Shown here: positions 46,031 through 56,926 of the stretch, piece by piece
Numbering within the stretch: position 1 is the stretch's first letter
Layout: each line of letters starts with the position of its first letter
Virus record (IMG/VR): IMGVR_UViG_3300032265_002113
Location: 2,257 to 66,256 of that record
Source of the DNA: a virus
Reading direction: 5' to 3' (one strand)
DNA length: 64,000 bases
Position numbers and translations under genes: made by a program
The notes under the pieces: model-generated
Database searches by the model: none
Told to the model about the DNA's origin: nothing
What the model saw: the letters and a program-made list of their open reading frames with translations, nothing else

Positions 46031-49000
46031 ATGAAGACCAATTATACCAATTTAGGTAATCAAGAAAATAAAGAAGTTCGGGTTGCCGGAAGTTATGCTA
46101 ATAATGCATATGTCCAGGCGAATTCGGCTTATGATTCTCAAAATAGTTCTGGACTATATGCCAACACTGCATTCATAAAAGCCAATTCAGCTTATGATTC
46201 CCAAAACACTACTGGGATTTATGCAAATGCGGCTTTCTTACAAGCAAATGCAGCTTATATCCACGGCAATTCTGGTCACTCCCAAGCAAATTCTGCTGCA
46301 CTTTATGCTAATGGCGCTTTCATACAGGCAAACGCTGCCTACATCAGCCAAAACACAACAGGCATATATGCAAACAGTTCATTTACTAAAGCAAATTCAG
46401 CTTACGATAGCCAAAACGTAACTGGCACCTACGCCAATTCGGCTTACTATACAGCTAACTCAGCTCAACTGTATGCCAATGGAGCTTTCGTTCAATCTAA
46501 TGCAGCTTACTATACGGCCAATTCAGCACAGTTATATGCTAATGGTGCCTTTGCACAATCAAATGCATCTTATTATACTTCGAATTCGGCACAACTATAT
46601 GCTAATGGAGCTTTCATTCAAGCAAATGCAGCATTTAATTCTCAGAACGTAACCGGTACCTATGCTAACTCGGCATATTACACATCTAACTCAGCTCAGT
46701 TATATGCCAACGGTGCCTTTATTCAAGCCAATGCATCTTACAATAGCCAAAATGTAACAGGCACTTATGCTAACTCAGCATATTATACTGCCAATTCCGC
46801 TGGAGTATATGCTAACGGTGCTCTCGTACAAGCAAATGGAGCTTATAATAGTCAAAACACAACAGGCATCTATGCTAACTCCGCATATGCACAGGCTAAT
46901 AGTGCATCACTATATGCAAATGGTGCTTTTGTACAAGCCAATGCGGCTTATGGTTCACAGAATGTAACAGGCACTTATGCCAATTCTGCATATCTAGCAG
47001 CTAATAATGCAAATTCTAACGCAATAACATCTGGTGCATATGCTAATAGTGCTTTTCTACAGGCAAATGCAGCATTTATATTTGCCAATTCAATATCCAG
47101 TACACACAACACCGCAATTGCCGCGGCCTTTGCACAAGCAAATGCGGCATATGCTTCTCAAAATGTAACTGGTACATATGCCAATTCAGCATACTATACC
47201 GCCAATTCAGCTCAGTTATATGCCAACGGTGCCTTTATTCAAGCCAATGCATCTTACAATAGCCAAAATGTAACAGGCACTTATGCTAACTCTGCTTACT
47301 TTACTGCAAACTCAGCTCAGTTATATGCCAATGGAGCTTTTATTCAGGCCAATGCTGCATACGGTTCCCAAAACGTAACCGGTACCTATGCTAACTCGGC
47401 ATATTTGGCCGCGAATAATGCAAATGCAAATGCGATAACATCTGGTGCATATGCTAATGGTGCTTTTGTACAAGCTAATGCCGTTTTTATATTTGCCAAT
47501 TCTGTTATCGCTAGTCATAATGCCAGTATTGCAGCGGCATTCTCTCAAGCTAATGCTGCTTATACATCACAGAATGTAACTGGCACATACGCTAATTCAT
47601 CATACTATACTGCAAACTCGGCACAACTATATGCTAATGGAGCTTTCACTCAGGCAAATGCTGCATACGGTTCCCAAAACGTAACAGGTACATACGCTAA
47701 TTCAGCTTACTTAGCTGCCAACAATGCCAACGCTAACGCAATAACAACAGGTACATATGCTAATGGTGCCTTTGTTCAAGCTAATGCATCATTCAATATT
47801 GCAAATTCAGCTTCACTATACGCTAATGGTGCCTTTGTACAAGCTAATGCAGCTTATGCATCTCAAAATGTAACTGGTACCTATGCTAATTCAGCATATC
47901 TAGCAGCTAATGGTGCCAATGCTAATGCAATAACTACTGGTACATATGCCAATTCAGCATATTACACCGCAAACTCAGCACAACTATATGCTAATGGAGC
48001 ATTCACACAAGCCAATGCATCTTATGGTTCTCAGAACGTAACTGGTACATATGCTAACTCTGCTTACTTAGCTGCCAATGGTGCCAATGCAAATGCAATA
48101 ACAACAGGCACATATGCTAACTCTGCATATTTGGCAGCTAATAACGCTAATGCCAACGCAATAACCTCTGGTGTATATGCCAACGGAGCATTTGTACAAG
48201 CTAACGCAGTATTCATATTTGCTAATTCTGTATTTAATACTCAGAACACCAGTATAGCGGCCGCGTTTATTCAAGCAAATTCAGCTTACTCTAGCCAAAA
48301 CGTAACTGGTACATACGCTAACTCGGCGTATTTGGCTGCCAATAATGCTAATGCAAATGCCATAACAACAGGCACTTATGCCAACTCCGCGTATGCACAG
48401 GCTAATGGTGCAAGTTTATATGCTAATGGTGCTTTTGTACAAGCCAATTCTGCATATGGTTCTCAAAATGTAACTGGTACATATGCCAATTCAGCATATC
48501 TAGCAGCTAATGGTGCCAACGCTAATGCAATAACTACAGGAACTTATGCCAATTCAGCATACTATACTGCAAATTCAGCTCAGTTGTATGCAAACGGTGC
48601 ATTCACTCAAGCTAATGCCGCATACAATAGTCAAAACGTAACTGGTTCATATGCAAATTCAGCTTACTTAGCTGCCAATGGTGCCAATGCGAACGCTATT
48701 ACTACTGGCACATATGCTAACTCAGCATATTACACCGCCAATTCAGCTCAGTTGTATGCTAATGGTGCTTTTGTACAAGCCAATGCGGCTTATGTATCAC
48801 AGAATGTAACAGGTACTTACGCCAATACTGCACTTAGTTTTGCTAACTCAGCTGGGTCATATGCAAATTCTGCGTTCTTGAAAGCTAATAATGCTTTACC
48901 TTTGGCAGGCGGAACAATTACAGGCAATTTAACCATTGTCCAAGATGCAACAATTCAAGGTAACTTGACTGTATTAGGTACTACTACAACAACCAATACT

Positions 49001-51991
49001 GAATCTTTTACTGTAAAAGATACTTTGATATTATTGGGTTTAGGAAATTATTACTCAGATGCATTAGATATTGGTTTTGCTGCACATTATAATAATGGAA
49101 CAAACGCACACACAGGTTTTTTTCGAGATTCAGATACAAAAGAATGGAATATATTTGAAGGTTATACACCAGAAGTATCACCTAATAACAATATTATAAT
49201 TACGGATCCTTCTTATAGAAATGCAAATCTTATAGCAAATACTGTAAAAGCAAATGTCATAGCCAACACAATATATGTTAGTGGATATAATGTATTCACA
49301 TACATCACAAATGCATACACACAGGCAAATGCAGCTTACATAAGTCAGAACACGACTGGTTCATATGCCAACTCAGCCTACTATACGGCGAATTCGGCAC
49401 AACTATATGCTAATGGTGCCTTTATACAGGCAAATGCAGCTTATGGTTCTCAGAATGTAACCGGCACTTATGCTAACTCTGCTTACTTTACTGCAAACTC
49501 AGCTCAGTTATATGCCAATGGAGCTTTCGTACAATCAAACGCCGGATTTAATGTTGCAAACTCAGCATCGTTATATGCCAATGGTGCATTCGTACAAGCT
49601 AATGCGGCTTATGGTAGTCAGAATGTAACAGGCACTTACGCCAATTCTGCATACCTGGCAGCCAATGGCGCGAATGCAAATGCTATTACTACTGGCATCT
49701 ATGCTAACTCCGCATATGCACAAGCTAATGGTGCAAGTCTATATGCTAACGGTGCCTTCGTACAAGCTAATGCAGCTTATGGTAGTCAAAACGTAACTGG
49801 TACCTATGCCAATTCAGCTTACTTAGCAGCTAATGGTGCCAACGCTAATGCAATAACAACAGGTACATATGCCAATTCAGCATATGCTCAAGCTAATGGT
49901 GCAAGTCTATATGCTAATGGTGCCTTTACTCAAGCAAATGCCGTTTTTATATTTGCTAACTCAGTATTCACTACACACAATACCAGTATTACGGCGGCAT
50001 TCACCCAAGCAAATTCAGCTTATGCATCACAAAATGTAACTGGTACATATGCCAATTCGGCATATTTGGCTGCTAACAATGCCAATGCAAATGCAATAAC
50101 AACAGGTACATATGCCAATTCAGCTTATTTGGCAGCCAATGGTGCAAATGCCAACGCAATAACATCTGGTGCATATGCTAACTCGGCATACCTAGCAGCT
50201 AATAATGCAAATGCTAATGCAATAACAACAGGCACATATGCAAATTCAGCTTACTTAGCGGCCAATGGTGCGAATGCAAATGCTATTACTACTGGCACAT
50301 ATGCCAATTCAGCATATGCACAAGCCAATAGCGCAAGTCTATATGCTAATGGTGCATTCGTACAAGCTAATGCGGCTTATGGTTCTCAAAACGTAACTGG
50401 TACCTATGCCAACTCTGCATATTTGGCGGCGAATAATGCCAATGCTAATGCAATAACATCTGGTGTTTATGCTAATTCGGCATATGCACAAGCAAATGGT
50501 GCTTCGATATATGCTAATGGCGCCTTTGTACAAGCTAATGCAGCTTATGCGTCACAAAATGTAACCGGTACATATGCAAATTCAGCTTACTTAGCGGCCA
50601 ATGGTGCGAATGCAAATGCAATAACAACAGGTACATACGCTAATTCAGCTTACTTAGCTGCCAACAATGCCAACGCTAACGCAATAACAACAGGTACATA
50701 TGCTAATGGTGCCTTCGTTCAGGCTAATGCCGTTTTCATATTTGCTAACTCGGTATTCACTACACACAATACAAGTATTTCAGCAGCATTTACTCAAGCA
50801 AATTCAGCTTATGGTTCTCAGAACGTAACTGGCACTTATGCCAACTCTGCTTACTTAGCAGCTAATGGTGCCAACGCAAATGCTATTACTACTGGAACTT
50901 ACGCTAACTCGGCATACTATACGGCCAATTCAGCACAACTATATGCTAATGGTGCATTCGTACAAGCTAATGCGGCTTATGGTTCTCAAAACGTAACAGG
51001 CACATACGCTAACTCAGCTTATTTGGCAGCCAATGGTGCCAATGCAAATGCAATAACAACTGGCACCTATGCTAACTCTGCATATCTAGCAGCTAATAAT
51101 GCAAATGCTAATGCGATAACATCTGGTGCGTATGCTAATTCCGCATTTACTCAAGCTAATGCAGTTTATATATTTGCTAACTCGGTATTCACTACACACA
51201 ATACTAGTATTTCAGCTGCGTTCACGCAAGCAAACTCAGCTTATGGTTCTCAAAATACTACAGGAATTTACGCCAATGCCGCATATGTAGCCGCTAACTC
51301 AGCAGGTGTATATGCAAATGGTGCTCTAGTACAGGCCAACGGTGCTTTCAGTTCTCAGAACGTAACTGGAATTTATGCTAATGCAGCTTATTACACCGCA
51401 AATTCAGCACAACTTTATGCCAATGGTGCTTTTGTACAAGCAAATGCGGCTTACACTGGTCAAAACGTAACTGGAACTTATGCTAACTCCGCATACTACA
51501 CCGCGAATTCAGCACAACTTTATGCTAACGGAGCTTTTGTACAAGCAAATGCGGCATTCAATACTCAAAATGTATCTGGTTCATACGCTAACTCGGCATA
51601 CCTAGCAGCTAATAATGCAAATGCAAATGCGATAACATCTGGTGCTTATGCCAATTCCGCATTTACTCAAGCTAATTCTGCTTTTTCATCTTCTAACGGA
51701 ATTAATTTAACACAGAATACCAGTATTACGGCGGCATTCACTCAAGCTAATTCTGCTTACGGTTCACAAAACACAACAGGCATTTATGCGAATGCGGCAT
51801 TTATTCAAGCAAATGCGGCTTATGCGGTTGCTAATGTTGCGGCTACTCCATTAGTTCTTATTAACAGCACATATATAACCAGTAATGTAACAATTGCAGC
51901 AAATACAAATGGACTCTCTGTTGGACCTTTAGCGATTGCTAATAGTTACTATGTCAATGTCGCAAGCGGCCAGCGTTGGATAATTTTATAA
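46031..51991 (+). CDS. giant heptad-repeat fibre protein (1986 aa)
   Basis: Two long blocks of xANxAxx heptads around a globular insert; C-terminal SVGP...SGQRW domain. Confidence 0.85.
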   Translation: MKTNYTNLGNQENKEVRVAGSYANNAYVQANSAYDSQNSSGLYANTAFIKANSAYDSQNTTGIYANAAFLQANAAYIHGNSGHSQANSAALYANGAFIQANAAYISQNTTGIYANSSFTKANSAYDSQNVTGTYANSAYYTANSAQLYANGAFVQSNAAYYTANSAQLYANGAFAQSNASYYTSNSAQLYANGAFIQANAAFNSQNVTGTYANSAYYTSNSAQLYANGAFIQANASYNSQNVTGTYANSAYYTANSAGVYANGALVQANGAYNSQNTTGIYANSAYAQANSASLYANGAFVQANAAYGSQNVTGTYANSAYLAANNANSNAITSGAYANSAFLQANAAFIFANSISSTHNTAIAAAFAQANAAYASQNVTGTYANSAYYTANSAQLYANGAFIQANASYNSQNVTGTYANSAYFTANSAQLYANGAFIQANAAYGSQNVTGTYANSAYLAANNANANAITSGAYANGAFVQANAVFIFANSVIASHNASIAAAFSQANAAYTSQNVTGTYANSSYYTANSAQLYANGAFTQANAAYGSQNVTGTYANSAYLAANNANANAITTGTYANGAFVQANASFNIANSASLYANGAFVQANAAYASQNVTGTYANSAYLAANGANANAITTGTYANSAYYTANSAQLYANGAFTQANASYGSQNVTGTYANSAYLAANGANANAITTGTYANSAYLAANNANANAITSGVYANGAFVQANAVFIFANSVFNTQNTSIAAAFIQANSAYSSQNVTGTYANSAYLAANNANANAITTGTYANSAYAQANGASLYANGAFVQANSAYGSQNVTGTYANSAYLAANGANANAITTGTYANSAYYTANSAQLYANGAFTQANAAYNSQNVTGSYANSAYLAANGANANAITTGTYANSAYYTANSAQLYANGAFVQANAAYVSQNVTGTYANTALSFANSAGSYANSAFLKANNALPLAGGTITGNLTIVQDATIQGNLTVLGTTTTTNTESFTVKDTLILLGLGNYYSDALDIGFAAHYNNGTNAHTGFFRDSDTKEWNIFEGYTPEVSPNNNIIITDPSYRNANLIANTVKANVIANTIYVSGYNVFTYITNAYTQANAAYISQNTTGSYANSAYYTANSAQLYANGAFIQANAAYGSQNVTGTYANSAYFTANSAQLYANGAFVQSNAGFNVANSASLYANGAFVQANAAYGSQNVTGTYANSAYLAANGANANAITTGIYANSAYAQANGASLYANGAFVQANAAYGSQNVTGTYANSAYLAANGANANAITTGTYANSAYAQANGASLYANGAFTQANAVFIFANSVFTTHNTSITAAFTQANSAYASQNVTGTYANSAYLAANNANANAITTGTYANSAYLAANGANANAITSGAYANSAYLAANNANANAITTGTYANSAYLAANGANANAITTGTYANSAYAQANSASLYANGAFVQANAAYGSQNVTGTYANSAYLAANNANANAITSGVYANSAYAQANGASIYANGAFVQANAAYASQNVTGTYANSAYLAANGANANAITTGTYANSAYLAANNANANAITTGTYANGAFVQANAVFIFANSVFTTHNTSISAAFTQANSAYGSQNVTGTYANSAYLAANGANANAITTGTYANSAYYTANSAQLYANGAFVQANAAYGSQNVTGTYANSAYLAANGANANAITTGTYANSAYLAANNANANAITSGAYANSAFTQANAVYIFANSVFTTHNTSISAAFTQANSAYGSQNTTGIYANAAYVAANSAGVYANGALVQANGAFSSQNVTGIYANAAYYTANSAQLYANGAFVQANAAYTGQNVTGTYANSAYYTANSAQLYANGAFVQANAAFNTQNVSGSYANSAYLAANNANANAITSGAYANSAFTQANSAFSSSNGINLTQNTSITAAFTQANSAYGSQNTTGIYANAAFIQANAAYAVANVAATPLVLINSTYITSNVTIAANTNGLSVGPLAIANSYYVNVASGQRWIIL
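46090..51840 (+). repeat. degenerate 21-nt-unit coding repeat array (interrupted ~48880-49310)
   Basis: Units YANSAYY/TANSAQL/YANGAFV/QANAAYG/SQNVTGT/AANNANA/NAITTGT with synonymous variation. Confidence 0.9.
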
Positions 51992-52000
51992 AAATAAAAA

Positions 52001-54142
52001 ATGAGCACAATATCAACAGGAACATTACTCACAACAGCATTCGTAGTAAAGTCAGATTTATCTGGTACTTTACAGATACAAACTGGTGCCAGTTCAGCTA
52101 ATGCAGTCTATATCGATTCAAGTCAGAACGTGGGTGTTGGTAATATTTCTCCGAGCGCAAAGCTAGATGTAACTGGCAATATATTGCTTTCTGCTTCAAA
52201 CCCCTTACTTCGGTTTAACGCAGGTGGCCCGCAGCTTTATGTTACGGTAGGCAACACACTACAGTTTTCAATGAATGGTGGCGGAAGTGAGGCCATGCGT
52301 ATTGACAGCAACGGCAATTTAGGTATTGGTACTTCTTCACCATCAGTGAGGCTAGATGTTCAAGATACAGCCGCAATTGCAAGAGTTACCTCAACTACAG
52401 GAACAAACGCAGTAAGGTATCAAGTAATAAATACTGGAGGAACATCACAATTTGGTAGAGAATCAAGTGGTGGTGGAACAATACTATCCGGTGCAGATGG
52501 TTATTCAACTGTACTAACAGGTGCGGGCGCATATCCAATGGTGTTTGGCACAAACTCCGCAGAGCGTATGCGTATTGATTCTAGCGGCAACGTGGGGATT
52601 GGTGTTACACCTAGTGCTTGGCTGTCAACTGTAAAGGCAATTCAATTAAGTAATAGAGCTTCCATTTATACAGATTCAAGTGGAAACACTATTGTTGGTA
52701 ACAATTCGTTTGTTAATAGCAGTAGTCAAGACACTTATTTACAAACAGCACAAGCATCAGCTTATTTGCAAGGTGCTGGTCAACATAAATGGTACAACGC
52801 CCCATCAGGCACAGCAGGAAACGCAATAACATTCACCCAAGCAATGACACTGGATGCGTCTGGTAATTTGGGGATTGGTACTACTTCGCCTGTAACCAAC
52901 TTGACTATTTCTAGTGCATCCGCTGCAACAGGTGGTGATGGCACTCAATACGTCCAAGCTATATATACAGGCACAGGAACTACTAACGCAGGATACACCA
53001 CCAAAAACTATTACGGCACTTCCCAGTTTTTCCAATGGAACAACAACGGCACGCGCCTAGGCAACCGCATTATTACAAATAGTGGAAGTGGTGCTTTAGT
53101 ATTTACCTATGGCAATGATTCCGAGGGTATGCGTATTGATTCTAGCGGCAACGTGGGGATTGGGACTAGTTCGCCTATTGGAAAACTTGATATTAGTGCT
53201 GGCTCGTCAAACACAGCTTTTGCAGTTACATCAAATTCAAACGGTAGTTTGCCATCTGCAACGCCATCGGGTTTAGTTATTGGCCAAAACTACGGAGGTG
53301 GTTCTGCTGGTTCCGCTGAAATAGATTTTATTTTTAACTCATCAACGTATGTTGGTGACAACGGCGGATTTAGGTTTTACCAAAGAACAGGCGCGTCTAC
53401 TGTGAATGAAATGATGCGTATGACGCAAAATGCGTTGTATATGTATACCGGCGGCACAGAACGTATGCGTATTGATTCTAGTGGCAATGTGGGAATTGGT
53501 ACAGGTTCGCCAATACGGAAGTTGACCGTTTCTACTGCCGGTTCCTGTGAATTCGTATTGCAAGATAGTTCACAAGGAACAGATTCTAAAAATTGGCGCA
53601 TTTTTAACACTGGCGCACAAATGTATCTTGGTACACTAAATGATGCTGGATCAGCGGGTACTGATGTAATGATTATGGATCGAACTGGCCGTGTTAGAAT
53701 GCCAAATCAACCATATTTACACGCAACAGTCAATTCTGGCGTGGCTGGACCTAATTTTTCAGTTCATAATACTGTTACTATACCATACAATTCTATTATT
53801 ACAAACACTGGAAATTATTTTAATACGTCAACGTATACGTTTACTTGTCCGGTAGCAGGAGTATATCTTGTATATGCTTCAATTCAAATTGGTAGTATGC
53901 AAGGAACAAGTGGTGTTGGACCAAATTTCCAAATTGTTAGGAATGGTACTGTTATAACAGGGACATATAATTTCATACTAACGGGTACAGGATATCAAAA
54001 AGAAGAAGGCACTGCATATGTAAAATGTGCTGCTAATGATACATTATATGTAAATTATTATACTGGTAGTGCCATGACTGGTGGTGGCGCTGAATTTAAT
54101 GGTGATGTAAGAAATGCTTTATGTATTGCATTTATAGGATAA
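52001..54142 (+). CDS. fibre tip protein with C-terminal C1q/TNF-like domain
   Basis: MRIDSSGNVGIG repeats; NTG-YFN-STY-FTCPVAGVY C1q-like motif. Confidence 0.8.
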   Translation: MSTISTGTLLTTAFVVKSDLSGTLQIQTGASSANAVYIDSSQNVGVGNISPSAKLDVTGNILLSASNPLLRFNAGGPQLYVTVGNTLQFSMNGGGSEAMRIDSNGNLGIGTSSPSVRLDVQDTAAIARVTSTTGTNAVRYQVINTGGTSQFGRESSGGGTILSGADGYSTVLTGAGAYPMVFGTNSAERMRIDSSGNVGIGVTPSAWLSTVKAIQLSNRASIYTDSSGNTIVGNNSFVNSSSQDTYLQTAQASAYLQGAGQHKWYNAPSGTAGNAITFTQAMTLDASGNLGIGTTSPVTNLTISSASAATGGDGTQYVQAIYTGTGTTNAGYTTKNYYGTSQFFQWNNNGTRLGNRIITNSGSGALVFTYGNDSEGMRIDSSGNVGIGTSSPIGKLDISAGSSNTAFAVTSNSNGSLPSATPSGLVIGQNYGGGSAGSAEIDFIFNSSTYVGDNGGFRFYQRTGASTVNEMMRMTQNALYMYTGGTERMRIDSSGNVGIGTGSPIRKLTVSTAGSCEFVLQDSSQGTDSKNWRIFNTGAQMYLGTLNDAGSAGTDVMIMDRTGRVRMPNQPYLHATVNSGVAGPNFSVHNTVTIPYNSIITNTGNYFNTSTYTFTCPVAGVYLVYASIQIGSMQGTSGVGPNFQIVRNGTVITGTYNFILTGTGYQKEEGTAYVKCAANDTLYVNYYTGSAMTGGGAEFNGDVRNALCIAFIG

Positions 54143-54155
54143 TTAAGGAGTAAAA

Positions 54156-54419
54156 ATGTCAAAAATTTATACAGTTACACTAAGTGATGCTGAAGACAAG
54201 GCACTTGGTTTTGTTTCAGTTTCACAAGATGATTGGATTCAAAATGCAGTCCATGAAAGGTGCCGTGTTGCTATTGAAGAAATTATAGCCGCAGAGGTGC
54301 AAAGATTATTAGCAGCCGGGCAATCAATTACAGGCACAAAAGATGATATTGTTTTAGCTGCACCAATTAAATCTGCTTATGAAGTTCATCAAGAATTTTT
54401 AGCTAGTCTAGCAAAATAA
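54156..54419 (+). CDS. small fibre-associated protein
   Basis: AAGGAG Shine-Dalgarno; WIQNAVHERCR-A-EEI; follows the tip gene. Confidence 0.7.
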   Translation: MSKIYTVTLSDAEDKALGFVSVSQDDWIQNAVHERCRVAIEEIIAAEVQRLLAAGQSITGTKDDIVLAAPIKSAYEVHQEFLASLAK

Positions 54420-54428
54420 TTATAAATT

Positions 54429-55043
54429 ATGCCATTATTTCTTAACGGTACAGATAATAGCGCAACAACTCCAGCAGTACAAGGTGGAACTGGTGGTACA
54501 ACCACCGGTGTCTACTATCCTGCAATAAATCAAATAGCTATATCTACCAATGGCACACAAGCTTTATTAATAGATTCAAGTCAAAATTCTACTTTTACTT
54601 CTAATGGTGCTGTAACTTTAACTAGAGGAACTACAGCACAACAACCAGCAAGTCCTGTCGTAGGTATGTTGAGATACAATACCTCAACTAATCAGTTTGA
54701 AGGTTATAGTGGTGCATCTCCTGCATGGGCTTCTGTTGGTGGTGCAGCAATCAGCAATGACACCGCAAATACTAGTTTTGCTTATCCATTGTTTGCATCA
54801 GCTACAAGTGGAACTGCATTGACTGTATACACAAGCAATGCTAAACTACTTTATAAACCTTCTACAGGTGACTTGCAATCATCACAAGTCACAGCAAATA
54901 ATGGCATCTTTTTAACTTCTGCAATCATTAGTAACAATTACACAATTCAAACAGGATACAATGCTCACAGCGTAGGTCCAGTTACTATGGCAAACGGTGT
55001 CACAGTTACAATTTCTAGCGGACAACGCTGGCTTGTGTTTTAA
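54429..55043 (+). CDS. fibre adaptor protein
   Basis: N-terminus shared with 61698; GTTAQ-P..GM-RYN...FEGY motif; C-terminus SVGP...SGQRW shared with the 1986-aa fibre. Confidence 0.75.
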   Translation: MPLFLNGTDNSATTPAVQGGTGGTTTGVYYPAINQIAISTNGTQALLIDSSQNSTFTSNGAVTLTRGTTAQQPASPVVGMLRYNTSTNQFEGYSGASPAWASVGGAAISNDTANTSFAYPLFASATSGTALTVYTSNAKLLYKPSTGDLQSSQVTANNGIFLTSAIISNNYTIQTGYNAHSVGPVTMANGVTVTISSGQRWLVF

Positions 55044-55052
55044 GGATAAGTT

Positions 55053-56879
55053 ATGGCATCTACAATTTCAGCAGGAACAACTAGCGCTACGGCAATGGTA
55101 TATACAGCAGACACATCTGGTGTCTTGCAGTTAGCTAGTAACAATGGCACTACAGCAATTACTGTAGACACAAGCCAGAACGTGGGTATTGGTACTACTG
55201 GGCCTTTATCTACTCAATCTAACCGCATTTATCTGTCACTAAAAGGCACAGGAACTGCCGCAGGAACAGGGCTAGGGGTTTTACAGTTTCAAACCAATGC
55301 TGCTGGTTCTACAGGACCAAATATGGGAAATATCGAGTGGGATTTGCCTGACAATTCGGGGTCAACGTCTCTAAGATGTTCTTACATAAGCAGTTCAGTG
55401 GAAGGGTCAACCGCAAACAATCGTGGTTCTAACATGTCATTTGCCACCAAGCCAGATGGTGTCAGTAGTGCAGGCGCCGAGGCAATGCGTATTGACTCAA
55501 GCCAGAATGTTGGTATTGGCACTACTTCACCTAACGGCATTAGACTTAATGTTGATAGCGCTGCTTTAAACACATCTACTGCTTATATTAAAAACAATGG
55601 CGCTTTACCCGACAACAATGACAACTCTGCTTTGTATGTTAATCATGCTGGCACTGCTGGAACAGGATTCCGTGTTCGCACAGACCAAGCATTAACAGGC
55701 ACAAACTTTGCTCACATATTAATCAACAACGCCAGCGCAAGCATTAACGGACTGCAAGTATCGCAGTATGGAACTGGATGGATTGCCAATTTTGATAAAA
55801 GCGGAACATCTGCTTTCTTTATTGGCAATAACAGCAAAGTTGGAATTGGCACTACTTCGCCAGGCGCAAACCTTGAGGTGAAAGGCGCATCCGGTCAAAA
55901 TATTTATGTGTCCTACACGAGCGGTTCGCAACTGCGTTTGAAATCGGATTCAGGTGATTCTGGTGTTGGCACTACTGGCTCGACGCCATTGTTGTTTTTG
56001 ATAAACAACGGAGAAGTTGGGCGTTTTGACACTAGTGGCAATTTGGGAATTGGTACTTCCGCTTTGTCCGGGTACAAGTTGTGCGTTGGGAACACATCTT
56101 CGGTGACCACACTAAACGGCGTTGGTTTGACTTTATTTACCTCTGGTAGCCTAACATCTAATATTGGCGGCGTATTGAACTTTAGACCGGGTCTTGGTCA
56201 AACTGCCAGCGACATTTTTAACTTGTCCATCTGTGCGTATGACCATAGCGGTGATACAAATACGGATGGATTAAGCATAAACGGCTATGACGGTATTTCT
56301 TTTTGTACAGGTAGTAATGCTCGAAACGAGCGTATGCGCATTTCTGGAAATGGCGATATAGTTATAATGAATGCCCTAACAGGCGGAACAGGAGCACTTT
56401 TTGTCGGCAGACAAACAACCATTGCAAACGGCAGAATTGAGGCAACTGGCAATGACAATATAATGGTTACTAATCAAACTGATACTGGATCTGGCGCAAA
56501 AAATATTCTTTACATTCTGAGAAATACTAATTACGTTGGCGGCATCACTTGTACTAATACAACTACTTCTTTTCCAACATCATCTGACTACCGCCTAAAG
56601 CAAGACATTGCGCCGATGACTGGCGCATTGAACAAAGTTGCCGCGCTGAAGCCTGTTACCTACAGGTGGAAGTTGGATGGTTCTGATGGTGAAGGCTTTA
56701 TTGCCCATGAATTGGCGGAGGTATGCCCCCATGCTGTGACAGGTGCGAAAGACGCTGTAGATGAAGATGGCAATCCCAAGTACCAAGGCATTGATGTATC
56801 GTTCCTCGTTGCTACCCTTACCGCAGCAATCCAAGAACTCAAGGCAGAATTTGATGCCTACAAAGCATCTCATCCGTAA
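55053..56879 (+). CDS. fibre tip protein with S74-like intramolecular chaperone
   Basis: VGIGT repeats; SSDYRLK...GFIAHEL...P-AV-G-KD...L-AAIQEL. Confidence 0.85.
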   Translation: MASTISAGTTSATAMVYTADTSGVLQLASNNGTTAITVDTSQNVGIGTTGPLSTQSNRIYLSLKGTGTAAGTGLGVLQFQTNAAGSTGPNMGNIEWDLPDNSGSTSLRCSYISSSVEGSTANNRGSNMSFATKPDGVSSAGAEAMRIDSSQNVGIGTTSPNGIRLNVDSAALNTSTAYIKNNGALPDNNDNSALYVNHAGTAGTGFRVRTDQALTGTNFAHILINNASASINGLQVSQYGTGWIANFDKSGTSAFFIGNNSKVGIGTTSPGANLEVKGASGQNIYVSYTSGSQLRLKSDSGDSGVGTTGSTPLLFLINNGEVGRFDTSGNLGIGTSALSGYKLCVGNTSSVTTLNGVGLTLFTSGSLTSNIGGVLNFRPGLGQTASDIFNLSICAYDHSGDTNTDGLSINGYDGISFCTGSNARNERMRISGNGDIVIMNALTGGTGALFVGRQTTIANGRIEATGNDNIMVTNQTDTGSGAKNILYILRNTNYVGGITCTNTTTSFPTSSDYRLKQDIAPMTGALNKVAALKPVTYRWKLDGSDGEGFIAHELAEVCPHAVTGAKDAVDEDGNPKYQGIDVSFLVATLTAAIQELKAEFDAYKASHP

Positions 56880-56926
56880 TCATCATGGCCAAAATGAATC
56901 TAAATAGTCCCAAAGGAATATAATTA

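Noticed and set aside
46090-51840. CRISPR array or ice-nucleation protein
   Set aside because: The repeats are in-frame, synonymously degenerate and lack unique spacers. The period is 7 residues, not the 8/16-residue pattern of ice-nucleation proteins.
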